The position numbers and the translations under genes were made by a program. 64,000 nucleotides of DNA from a virus (taxonomy: Duplodnaviria > Caudoviricetes), in the IMG/VR virus record IMGVR_UViG_3300001525_000075, positions 15,144 through 79,143 of that record; one strand, 5' to 3'. The notes under the pieces were generated by a model, which was not told the origin of the DNA, searched no databases, and worked only from the letters and a program-made list of their open reading frames with translations. Of the stretch, positions 1 through 13,472 are shown one piece after another; the first letter of the stretch is position 1; each line of letters starts with the position of its first letter.

Positions 1-713
1 AACAACAATTAAAAACTTCTAATGTGTATGTAATACAAGATTTTTAGTCTATTTACCAAACAACTGACGGAAAAATATACGGAGGTGAAATCATGCCTAG
101 TGAAACATATTGGTTATTCTTACGTCCAACAAGTAATTCTACTTTTGACTCTAGAGTAGCTATGTATTCTCCTACTGATTCTAAGGTTTCTAGATGGACC
201 GCTGAATATGATATTACACCTGTTCAATTTACAGATGGAACTACATCAAAAGGAACTATCACTTATTTAAAAGATCATAATAATAATACTGCTTATTATG
301 ATTTTAAAAATATTAGATGGTATCGTAGTGCTGAAGACATGAATAAAGGCCCTGTAGGTTATATTAATCCTACCTATTGTCTTACTTTTTCTGATGATTC
401 TTCCAAAAATAATCATCTTGCAATAGGAGCAATTAATAATGTATTTTTAGGAAATACTTAGAATGTAACTTTATCAGCAGATAGCCACAATAATACTTTC
501 TTTAAAGAATGTGAAAACAGTACTTTTGATTATGGCACTTACAATAATTTCTTTACTAAATCGTTAAGTATGTGTAATGGTGCAGTACATGATAGAACAT
601 TAGGAGAAGAAGTCGGAATGACTTGTCCTAAGCAATTTAATGTACTTAATGATAATCAAGTATTAGTATATCTTGATCCTCAAACTGAAACATTTCAAAT
701 AAAGAAATTATGA
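1..713 (+). CDS. Partial (5'-truncated) virion/tail-associated protein, TAG=Gln
   Basis: Frame is open from nt 3 through TAG at 45 and 459 to TGA at 711-713 and includes track ORF 93..461. The YLKDHNNNTAYYDFKNIR segment resembles Bacteroidota phage tail proteins (recalled). Confidence 0.6.
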
Positions 714-1843
714 ATACAATATTAGGAGCAGGAGACACTGATTCCCTCTTTCTATCCTCAACACAATATTAGGAGCAGGAGGTTTGTAAAAGACCTTCTG
801 TTTCTAATTCTGTTTGTGGGTCAGATGTTCTTTTAAAGAAGAATTTTTTATCTGAATTTTTAACCGAAGAAGAAAAACAAAAAGCAAGAGATAATCTTGG
901 AATTAGTAAACAATTAGTAAGTTGGGCGAATATTGATGGAAGTATATATGATAATGCTTAGATGAACGAACTTATTGAAAATATTGGAACTAAATTACAA
1001 GAATTAAGAACTGACATTGATAACAAAGTAACTAAGGATATTGAAGAACTTAAAGTCAATATGACTCAAATGGAAGATACTTTAGTTACAGGTTTAGATA
1101 CCAAAATTACTAAAGAATTTACAGATACCAATAAAGCTGTTGAACAAATTGGATATAATGTTTAGGGTAAAGATTTTCAAACAGTATAGGATGCTTTAGA
1201 TTCGTTATTTTGGTCTATTCCTTCGTATTCAACTTTAAATCAAAATAAGTGCAGTTCTTAGAATTATTATAGATATAAAGTAGATTCTAGTAATTCGGAT
1301 ACTATTACATTTAATAGAGAATTATCTCAATTCATTATTAATTAGTACGAGTTAACAGTTGATGATTTAGACAATTTAACTTCTAAGACTTACAGTTTAA
1401 ATCCTTTTCGAGATATTATTACATCAGATAATAAAGTGTTTACTATAAATAATTTATTTTCAGAAATACCTAGCGGTTATATTAAAACTATTAAATGTTC
1501 AGGTACTGCTGTAGAAGGAACACATTCTTTTAATTGGAATATAAATATAAATAATATTAGTACTATTTATTATACTGTTGATTCAAATAAACCCGATATT
1601 CCAGCAATAAACTGGAATGGAACTAGAAAAGCATATGGAGATTTTAGTTGTAATGCTGGAGTTGGTCAATATATTTGGGTATATATTCCTAATAATATAA
1701 CTACAAATCCTAAATTTTATGTAGGTGGATTTGAAGGTGGTTTTACTAAAGTAGAATCTATAACTGCTTTAAACAACGAAGTATATACTTTATATAAATC
1801 TGATAATCCTAATTTAGGTTCAATTACCGTAAATCTTAAATAA
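710..1843 (+). CDS. Hypothetical structural protein, 377 aa (TAG=Gln)
   Basis: ATG overlaps the previous stop (ATGA). One frame joins track ORFs 962..1165 and 1436..1843 with only TAG interruptions and ends in TAA. Confidence 0.75.
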
Positions 1844-1845
1844 CA

Positions 1846-4800
1846 ATGGGAGTAGAAATAATTAGCGAATTGATTCAAAAGAATAATGGTGAATTCCCAT
1901 TAGTTGATTCTAATAATATCAGAGGTGGTTTTTATCAGGTTAATACTATTGCAGAAAGAGATGCGATACCTACTTAGAGAAAAAAAGAAGGTATGTTAGT
2001 GTATACTGTTTCTGATAAAACTTACTGGAAATTAGAATCAGGAGATTGGGTAGAAGCTAAATTTGGATCATCTTTTACAGGAATTCCTTTAGTAGATTAG
2101 GAAATTATTGATTCAGGTGTCGAATTACCTGATAAGTATGTAACTATAGGAGATGAAAAAACAGATACTGAATAGTATCCTTTGTCTAGAGAAATAAAGG
2201 CTACAGGTACTTATACAGATATTTTATTTAAAGCGATTCGTAGTTTACAACACGAAGTGGCTAAATTAAAAAATAGTTTTAATACAGGTATTATATCTTA
2301 TACGGATGAACATACAGCAAGTAGTGACGTAATTACTGAAGATGAAGAAGCTGAAGAACCTTTATGGGCAATAGATCCTGAAGATTTAGCAGAAGTTTCT
2401 TCAATTTACATTAATAGTGAAACACAATTACTTCCTATTAACGGAAGAGTAGTTAATGAGAATAGTATTACTTGTTCAGATTGTTATATAGATTTAGATA
2501 CCTCTGAAGTGGAAGAAACTCAATTAGTTAATTATACAATTATTGATCCTACAGATAATTGGGATTTTATAATAGATTTAACTAATGATATGAGTATTTC
2601 TTTAGCTTCCTTTATAGATAAATAGAAATGTAATATATTTACACTCTTATGTAGAAAAGAGGATGCTTAGTATATTTATATTTCGATTACTAATAGTAAT
2701 AATCAAGTAATTATTAACGGATATATTAATAATGAAGGTAATTTACAATCTACACAATATTCTTTTTCAGGAAAAAATTTAGGATTTAGTAAATTAACTT
2801 TTAAAAATCTTGATTTATACAAAAGTACAATATCTTCAAGAGCTTAGTCTTTTACTAATGAAGATTTAATTCCTACACAACCTTAGACCGATGATTATAG
2901 TTTCAAGGCTGCTCATATTACTATTAGATCTGTAAAAACTAAAGAAATTTTAAATAAACTATCTGACAGAATACTCAATAACGAATTAATTTGGGTAGAA
3001 TCTGACAGTCAATTATATATTAAATCTAAATATAAATTAATAGCAATCGGTTCTAAATCGGGAGGCGATGATTCTGGTATGACTGAAGAAGAAGTAAAAC
3101 AATGGTTGATTGATAATAATTATATCACAAGTAATGGTCAGCTTCAAAGTGCAAATTTAGCACCTATTGCTGATATTACATTTATACACGAAGATTCAAA
3201 TAAGAAGTTTAAAGTTACTATAGATTCTGAAGGTAATTTAAAAGGTAATGAAATTGTAACGTATAAAGAAGATACAGGTAACCCTTCAGAAACCGCTGTA
3301 AAACGTGGTACAGTTGCATATTATAATGCAGGTACTAATTACGAAACTAATAAAGCATCTGATTTATCTAATGTAACTACATCATCAGATGGGGTTTCAA
3401 TTTATGTATTAGGTGATAGAGTAAGAATTAGCGAGTGGTATATTCCTAATTTAGGACAAACTCAATTTAATTGCACTCATGATTTTATAGAACTTACTAA
3501 TTGCGGGACAGTAGATTATCCTCTTGGAAATGCTGTCGTATACCTGTTAAAGAAAGTTGATAGTAAATATCAAGTTGAAAAATTTGAATTAGACGGAGTA
3601 GTTCCTGCTGGAGCTTCTTATCTTATTAGAGGTAAACAAAGATTAGATTTAGATTCTGAAATTGCACATATGAAAATATCTACATATGATAAAGAACTTT
3701 GGAAAGATGGTTCTTTATATGATATGTCAGGTGTGTTAGGTATAGTTTTATGTCACAAGAATTTGAATTTATCAGTAGATTCTAATAATAAAACAGCTCT
3801 TAAATCAAATTGGCAATCAACCGCTGATAGTGAAGGATTTTTAGGTTCAATCAATCCTAATTTAATTGATGTTGTTTTATGGGATACTGATGCTCAAAAT
3901 TATTTCAAAGACGGTTCTGCAAATACTTGGGTTGATAAAACATATAGTAATCCTGCAAATAGTGTAATTAAAGATTAGTATTTATTAGATCCTGCTAAAT
4001 AGGCTTTCCGTAGCTTAACAAGTACTACTGAAACCTCTAATTGTAGATTAAATAAAGTTGCACAAGAAACAATTCCTTTATCTGAAGAAAAGATTTCGTT
4101 TTATCATAGTGATCAAACTGTACCTATTACTAATTATACACCTAAAGCATCTTATGAAAATAGTAATGTTTGTACAGACAAAACTAGATTAGATGCAAAT
4201 AAACCTAATATGGTAACGTGCGCTTTTGGTATTAATGGTTATACTACTAGAACATTTAATTGGGTATCTGTCGGAGAATATAACGAATATTGTTGGATTA
4301 GAGAAAAAGGAACTGAAACTTGGAAACGTTTTGAATCTTATAAATCAGGCGATGATACTTTAACTCAAAGTACTACATATCCTAGAAAACGAATTTTTAA
4401 TAAAACAATTACAGATTCAGTTTATAAAAGAATTATTGGTGATTTTCCAGCAAATGGACAACATTATACTGCACACAAATTAATTCTTGACATAGTTGAA
4501 AATCCTGTAAGTAATGTTGCCTATGAATATGTTGTAGGTAGAAGTTTAAAAAATGGCAATTTTGATCCTGAACACTGTTCAGATATTCAAACATTTGTTT
4601 TACATGACTCTACTTGGACTCCTAGAGTTTATCAAATAACTGATCAACAAGGATTTGGATGGATGGAATATCAAGTTTGGTCTGCAACTGCTAATGAGTT
4701 ATATTCTAAAATTAATAAAGAATGTACTGAAACTACTAAACAATTCCCTGTAATTATCAATACAGGAGATATGACTCAAAATGGTACTCGTATTAATGAG

Positions 4801-6201
4801 TGGTACGATTATTATTGTAGTGGATCCGTTCTTGCATCGAAATACGAATAGATGTATGTAATAGGTAATAATGATTTAGCTAATTCATATAGTCCGGATT
4901 TCTTAGGAACTGGTGACGATAATGGTAAAAGTTCACCTTATTATTATAATTTATTCTATTGTTATGAAGTTCCTTCTGACGATTTTACAGAAGTAGATAA
5001 TTGGCAACATCCTTTAATTTATAATAATATTTATATTCCTTCTACTTACTATTTTTACTTTGATAAACAAGGTTATTTAATGGTAAATAGTGAACTGACT
5101 ACAGTAACTTGTAATATTTATTATAAAGCTACAACTAATTCAGGTATTATTAATTTATATACAGGATTTAATTCTAATACTAAAGAATTTACAAGTTATT
5201 CTTTATCGTAGACTATTCAATCTATGATTACTAAAATGCAAGGAAAAAATATTATTGCTGCTTGTCATGAAATGCCTTTTACTGTAGTAAATCTTGCATA
5301 CTTAAAAGGTGTAGGCGGAGCAGATATGACTTGCGCTTCTGCCGATAGATGTATTTAGTATAAAGCACTTCCTTCTACTACTAGTAAATCTTTAATTGGA
5401 AGTCATATGAATAGAATTAGTCATGATGATGCATATGATAAAGATAATAACTACTGGTTTAGCAGAATGCTTGAAAATAACGGTATAACCTTATGTATAG
5501 GTGGACATAAACATACATACTGCTGTACTTATCCTGTAAGAGAATGGAAAAGTGGTGACCCTACTCAAACTAGTGTATCTACAACTAAGCAAGCAGTAAT
5601 TAAACGTTCTGACTATTCAACTGTAGATGGAAATAAAGTAATTAGAGCTACAGAAGATTGTTTTTATTGGAATGTAGATCCTGATTTAAAAACAGGTGTT
5701 GTTTATTTTATGCTTCAAGCTAGTGGATTCAAATTAGCTTCTAATAAAGAATTGCCTTCTCGTGAATAGGTATTCAGTAAAATTGTTCCTGAATCAGATA
5801 CTGCCAAAAGTAAACCTGATGTATCACAAAGTTATCCTATGTATGCAGTAATTTCATATGATACGTCTAATTATAATATTGATTTATATAGAGTAAGCGG
5901 AATTAAAGTAGAAACTATTTCTGAAAACAAAGCGGCAATTACTGAATTTAGTGAATTAAAGTATTCTACTGATCCAATGTATTCAGAAAAATTACTTGTA
6001 GTTAAAAAAGGAAAAACCGATGCAGATAAACTTGGAGTTTATTATACTAATTATTGGTTAGTAGATTCTAGTGTTAAAAATTATGCAATTGACCAACAAA
6101 GATGTTATTGGGAAGATTCACAATTAAAATCTGTAACTGAAGTTATTCCTGGAACTTGGAATAATACTGAACATACTGAAACTGTACCTTATAAGTATTA
6201 A
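1846..6201 (+). CDS. 1451-aa multidomain virion-associated protein: N-terminal fibre-like domain, lamin-tail-like domain, calcineurin-like metallophosphoesterase domain (TAG=Gln)
   Basis: Track ORFs 2182, 3079, 4210, 4852, 5407 and 5839 are all in frame 1, and the gaps checked contain only TAG. Motifs: AERDAIPTQRKKEGMLVY; DFIELTN...GVVPAGASYLIRG (LTD-like); TDQQG / GDMTQNG / GNND / CHEMP / GGHKH (metallophosphoesterase). Confidence 0.75.
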
Positions 6202-6205
6202 TTGA

Positions 6206-9200
6206 ATGAAACTTAATAATGGAAGTAAGATTATTGGGACTGATGATATATTTGTCAGTTCCAATAATTCTCAAATTGGTGAGGATTTAGCAGCAGTCTT
6301 AACTAAACAAGATGCTGACATATTAGATTTAAAAAAGAACGTTAAATGGTTGTATAAGTATGGTGGTGTAGGTGGATCAGGAGGAGGTTCTTCTACAGAA
6401 TCTACTAAAATATCTTGTACTATTACTTATACTAATACAGCAGGTAAAGAAGTTCAAGCAAAGATTAATGAAGGTAGTACTTTTAATATTGAGAAAGGTT
6501 CTTAGATTACTGTATCTTGTAGTATTGTTAGTAAGAAAAGTCTTTCTGAATATAAAATGACTTTTGCAGGTGAAAGTATTACAATTAAAGCTACAGATGT
6601 TGCAGGTGTAAAGAAATTAATTCCTACTGCAAATTCAGCATATACTCTCACAGTAATAGGTGAAACTACAGTAACTTTAGATTTTTCAGTATTTGTAGAT
6701 GTACAAGAGGTTGCTGGAAAAATACTTTTATCAAACGGCATTTCAATTGCTTCTAATCAATCTATTTATGCCTCTCAATTAGAGGGTGCTAATTATGTTT
6801 TTTAGTTAACGAATTATCAACCTCAATCTTTTGAAAGTTTTGTAAATTCTGTATCATTGAATGATGTTACATTAGATACATCTAAATATACTGTAACTGA
6901 ATCTGTCGACACATCAGGCACTAAAACTACTACAGTAAAAGTACTTATTACGGATGTATTTACTGATTATGATATTTATTATTTTAAAGTAAATTATACA
7001 TTCGGATCAGATACTAACGTATTATCTAGTTAGTTTATTTATCAATCTGATCAAGCATTTGTGTATTGTTATGCTAATGCTTTTGATGTATATAAAAATC
7101 CAACAAGTACCCCAGTAGGCACAAATAGTTATAACAATACAATTAGTTATTAGATTTATCCTAATAAAACTGATTCACTTACAGCACAATATAATCTTAC
7201 TATTGAAGTGGATGGTGAAACTACAAGTCAAGTTGTAAGTGCTGGAACAACGTATTCTTATACTATTACTAATACAGTAAAGACTCAAGAGCCTAAAGAA
7301 ATTGCTATTAAATTTTCTTTAGATAACACAAGTTATACTTATTATATATATTTAATTAAACCTGAGAATGTAGTATATATATTTGAAAATGAAGGTACTA
7401 AATTATATTAGGCTATAGCTTGCGATACTGAAGAAAAGAATAATGATATTATAGAATTCCCTCCAGGTAATCCCTTAATAGAAGGTAACCCAATTCAAAT
7501 TACATCTGAGAAAACATATTAGTTAAAAACGATATGCACACATCAAGGTACTTTGTATTCTAGTAATCCTCAAAATACATTAATTTCAGATTTTCTTATA
7601 AGTGAACCTCAAACTTTGGGAAATCAATCTAGAGTTGATGCTTTATTTTCATTTGGATTTAAATATGCAGGTTCTAACTGGGATTCTAAAATAATTACAA
7701 TTAAACACCAAGGTTCAGGTAGTACATCCGAAGTTACTTTGTATAAGAATAAAATTACATTTAGTAATGGTACTGAAACTACTAAAGTTTGTATTCCTAA
7801 TGATGGAGAATATCATTTAATTTAGTTATATTTTAAATCTGACTATAATACAGATACTGATAGTGCTGATACAGGTGATACTAGTAAATCTAAACAAGTA
7901 GTTGCATTATTCATAGATGGCGTAATTGAAACTGCTCCTTTTGAAGTTACTAATTTCTTTATTGAAAAAGAATATACTTATTTAGTATATCACGTTGGAC
8001 AATGGACATTTGACCACGTTGGTGTTGCAACATTTAATTCTAAGTTAATTCAAGGATTTTACGGAACAGATCATTCCGCAATTGCGAGATATTTATTTGA
8101 TTTTGATCCGTTTATTCCAGCTAATTATTATTAGACTTATCAAGTTAAACTTAGAGGAAAATCTATTAATGCGTTTGATAAATCTATTTACAAATCATTC
8201 GACTAGACATCAGCTGGTAATCCTTAGTGGTTAAATTATTTTTGTTATGATTAGGATGAAGATCAAAATAACTTATATTTGCATAAGTTTATTAATGTAT
8301 CTCCTAGTATTATATCAAAGATAGCTCCTGATATGGAAATTTACCGCATCGTTCCTGAATCTACACATTATACTAAAGATGAGAGTGGATTTGAAGAAGT
8401 ACCCGATGAACATTTTAATCAATTTGTTTATAATACATTTACATCATTCGGAGAAACTGATAAGATTTCTAAAGTAACTTGTAGTTTTTAGAAGTGGGTT
8501 GATGATAAATTTGTAGATTTAATTTAGGATAAAGAAGGAGAAGATTCTATCCAGTTTAGAATTAAATATCAAGGTTCTTCTACATTATTGTATAGTTGCA
8601 AAAATTTTGAAATTAGTGCAGAACCTTTAGTAGATAGTGAAGGTGTATCAAGAAATGTTTATTTTACTCCCGATATTGATAAATTTCCAAAACTTGAACA
8701 GAGTTTTAATTTAAAAGCTGACTTAGTAGATTCTTCGCATAGTAATAATGTAGTCATTGGTAATTTTGTTAATGATTACATGACATCTCCGTTTAATACT
8801 ACTGATAGAACTTATAGAGCTTGTTTGACAGGTAAACCTATTTTATTATTTATTTAGAATAATGCACGAGATAAATCAGGTGAAACAGTTTATGATACAA
8901 GTGATTTCTTTTTAGGTATATATTCTTTAAATTTAAATCGTAGTTCTGTAAATAATTTAGGTTATTCTAGATTAATGAAGAATGATACTGAAGAAATAGA
9001 TATAGGTACGAATGAAGAATTACAAGATAGATGTTGTGATAAGATTACTAAATTTCATGTATTAGAAGGCACTGAAAAAATCGATAGTAGTAATAACTTT
9101 GCTGTTGCTGAAATTCAAGGTAACGGTATCTTGTATGATTGGTCACAATTTGATTAGACACTATTAGCTAATGAAGTATTAGGTGATTTCTATGTAATGG

Positions 9201-12200
9201 AAAATGGGAGAATCAGCGAAGAATTTACTTCAGTTTTATCTAAACCTTTTAAAGCATTAGCTCAAATAATTAAAACTTATTTGTTAGGTACTAATCCTAT
9301 ATTTAATACTATTGATTATTCAACGATATTTAAAGATAACGAATTAGTAAATCCTGAAAATTATTATTATACTAATGATGGAGCTATTACAAGTATTCCT
9401 AAAGACGCATTAGTAATAACTTCTACTACTTTAAATAATTTATCAGATCCAATGCCCTATCGTAGTTATGAAACTACAACTCAAGGATTAAAAATTAGTA
9501 AAATTAATAATCCAATGTATTAGTTTCATTTAGTATGTAATAGTTTAGGACAACCTCTTGTAAATAATAAAGTTTAGTACTATTATATAGAGAAATTAAA
9601 TTAGTTAAACTACGATCCTGAAAATCCCCCTGCTTATATTGATATCGAGAGTGCAGTTAAGTATTATGTGATTTGTATGGCATTTGCAATGGTTGACTCT
9701 GTTTAGAAGAACTTAACTATCAAATGTCCAGATACAAAAATTAAAAATACTTGGTATCCTGAATTTTATGATATGGATACAGCATTTGGTATCAGTAATT
9801 CAGGTGGTGAAACATCTTTCCAAGCGTATAGCGATTGGGTAAATTCTGACGGAACTATTACTCAAGATTATACAGATAAAGATGCTGGAGAAGGTTATTA
9901 TGATACTCCTTCATCATTCTTATTTATGTATGCTAAATATTTAGATATATTAAATGATGATTTTTCAGGAGGTAAAGGTGTTTATCCTTATAAAGAATGG
10001 GCTAACTTAAGATCTTCTACAGGTGCATTTTCTTCGGGTACCGCGTTTTGTAAAAAATATATTGATGGTTTTTTTGGAGATATTAATCCTATTATTTGGA
10101 ATTTAAACTATTTATATAAATATTTTTCAACTTCTAAAAATGATTCTTCTACTACTGGAGATTCTGAAATTGGACGTTTTAACGGCACTAGAAGATTTTC
10201 AAGAAAAGAATATTTAAATAATAGATTTAGATACCTCGATGTATTATTTGGTTGTAGAAATCAATCTGCAATAGGTATGGATACATTACATACCATTACT
10301 AATAATACTGAAACTATGGATGGTTTATCTAATTCAGATATTAAAGTAAATTCTCAAATGTTTCCTAAATTTACAAAAGGTGTAATTGGAAATATTTATG
10401 CTACGGTAACTGAAGAACCAAAAACTCCTGTTGTATTATAGTTAAGTCAAAATGTAAGTAAATTATATTTAACTGATTCACAAGGTACGGCTACAGTACA
10501 AGGTAATATCCCTACAAATACAGGTGCGGGTTTCTATGGAACTAAAGAATTATCATCTATTTCAGAATGCGGGCAATTCTTAATAAATACATAGAATACA
10601 AATACTATTGAAAATAATATTATAAAAGATATTATTATTTCTAAATCACCGAGTTCTAAATCTGCAGATTTAGAATTAGATCTAGCTAAATTAACTAGTG
10701 TTGAGAATATCACGATATCTTCAGGAAGTTAGTTATATTATAAAACTCTTACTATTAGAAATAGCGGATCTTTAACTCAACAATTAAATAAAGTTACGTT
10801 AAAAAATATTTAGTGTAATACTTTAACTTTGAATAACTTATCAATTAACAACCTATCAATTAGTGATTGTTAGTGTACAGAGTTAAATATGACTAAAATA
10901 ACTCCTGATTCATTTAGTTATTCTAGCAATAGTTGTCAAAAGATTAATTTTAATACAGTAATATTAAAATAGGATTATACATTAAATGATTTAAAATGTA
11001 CTTCATTTACAGATGCTAACAGTACTTATTTAAATTTTACACTTAATTTAAATAGTTATTTATCTACATTAAGTCTATCAGGAACAAAATGTTCTAGTTT
11101 TACAATACCTAGTTGTTATAATATTTCTTAGATTACTGTTAAACAAATCAATTGTCCTAAATTTTATCTAAATACTTTATATGGAGAAGGTAGCGTTAGT
11201 ACTGTGCCTATTGAAGATGTGTTAGAATTAGGATTTGTAAATTCTACAGTAGAACTAAGAATATCAGGATTTAATAATATTACAGGTTTAACTCTTGGAA
11301 ATGTGACAACTTGTAATTTAGCTACAAATGCTTTGTGTGGATGTAGTTCTTTAGAATCTCTTCCTAATATTAATTTTAATATTATCGGTACTGGTACTTT
11401 AGGTAAAACTCATAAATTAGCTTGGGATGATAAATTACGAGTAAAAGTCGGGACAAATAATTTAGCAGGAACATTCATTTATTGTGATGACGTAACATTA
11501 GAGTTTGTTACTCAATGGTTAGAAGCTCATAAAAATGATTCTACTAAAGTAACAGATATGTCTAGAATGTTTGCATTTACTGAAATTGAACAAATATGTA
11601 AAGGGTCGTTATCTGACGAATATTTATAGTTTGAAACAGCATTTGTAGAATACGCAGGAAGTAATAAAATTAAATTAGACTATATATTTTATGGAACTGG
11701 GTTTAATGTATTAACAAAAAATTTCATTAATTGTTCTACATCTAATTTATATTGTCCTGCGGGAGGTGTCGGTACTTCTAATTCAGATAAATTATATATT
11801 GAACAATTAGCTTTTAATGATTTAAATACTGTACAAATAAGTAATAGCAATTTGTATAATTGGTGGTATAGAGCTACATGTTATGTATTTGAAAGAGATG
11901 GTAATGATATATCTGTATTAGATACTTCAACAATGTCTGATTGGTTTAATGATAATTGTAAATTAACATCTTTAAGTACATTCAATCCATATAATAGTAA
12001 AAGTAGTCCGTTTGATTTTGAAAATGGATTTCCTGCTAGTATAACTTATATAGATATGTTTCACTATACAAGTTATTGTTGGGTAACAAATCTTCAAAAT
12101 GTGTTTAAAAATGTAAAGACTAATTGTACATTCTCACAAGGTAGTTTTAATCAATCGTCAAGTACAGATTATAAATATGACGAACTCCCTAATTTATATG

Positions 12201-13471
12201 AAATGTTAATTAACGATTCGGGTAATTTAAGAGTCAATCTTAACATGAATGAAAATATAGAAGGGGGTAGTTATGCATTTTGGTCTACTTGTACAGCTGA
12301 ACAATTTAAAACTATTATAAGTAAAATTGCAGAAAATCAATCTACTAGTAGTTCTGCTTCTCTTAATTACATATTACAAAAAACTATAGTTACTGATGCA
12401 GATTCTAATATATTAGATTATCAGTTAAGCACTTTTAAGAATTTGCTTTATTCTTTTAAAGATTGTATTTTTGAAGATAGTAATGGAGAAATAGTTTATC
12501 TAGATTTAACAAATGCGTTTAAAACAAATAGTACTGATTCCAAATACAAAACAGTAAAAAGATTAGACTATTGTTTTATGAACTGCTATCTAAATAGATT
12601 CACAAAAAGATTAGGTATTTAGAATGTAGAAAATATGTTATACTGTTTCTACAACGTTAATTGGAGAATTGACAGTTTTGGTAATACTGTTTCTGTTTGG
12701 GAACCTAGTCACTTATATAAAATTATTGTTTCTTCTGAAGACAAATTTATTCTATTACCTGAAAATTTCTTTAAAATTTGTGCTGCTAATTGTCAAATGC
12801 AATATTGTTTTGCTGCGTCAAGTTTTTCACAAACTAGTTTATACGGTTATCTTCCTAAAGAAGATACATTAGGTTTAACCGATGCTATATCAAAAGGAGT
12901 TTCTGTAGATAATATATTTTAGAATATAAGACTAATATATCATTATGTACCTGATTCAACCGAAGAGCAAACTGTATTTTTCTTTCCCAAATGGTATAAT
13001 ATATTAAGTTTTAATAATAAATATATGGTTTATATACCTACATCACCTAATGATGAAACTAAAGTATATTTATTTGAAGATAGTACAGTATATGGTTCAT
13101 ATGATTAGTTACCTTAGTTACCTCCTTCTGATGGACAAAGTACTGCAAGAATGTGTGATAGATTAGCAACAAAGGAACGAGATACTCATATTTTATAGCC
13201 TTATCCTTCTGCTTCAAGTTTACCTGCTATTTCAGGTACAACTTATAAAAATGCAATACCTTATACATTAGCTTTAATATTAACATTTGATGGCTCAATT
13301 ACAACAGTAATTGAAAACTTTGATACAGCATCAAGTAAAATCCAAAGTAATTCTACTCCTGTTTGTCAAAACGGTGGTGATCCTGAATGGTAGGGCTATT
13401 GTTTTGGTGGAAGTGGTGGTGATACATCTACTATAGTATCTAGTACAGTTAGTTCATATATATTCGGATAA
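6206..13471 (+). CDS. 2421-aa giant protein with a CotH-kinase-like core (~8560-10300) and LRR/BspA-like C-terminal region (TAG=Gln)
   Basis: Twelve track ORFs (6206, 6557, 7208, 7553, 8279, 8588, 8975, 9197, 9773, 11204, 11852, 12635) share frame 2; first TAA at 13469. Motifs: YQGSST..YSCKNF, LKADLVDSSHSNN, GIYSLNLNR, MVDSVQKN, WYPEFYDMDTAFG; later LxxLxI repeats and VTDMSRMF. Confidence 0.7.
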
Positions 13472-13472
13472 T

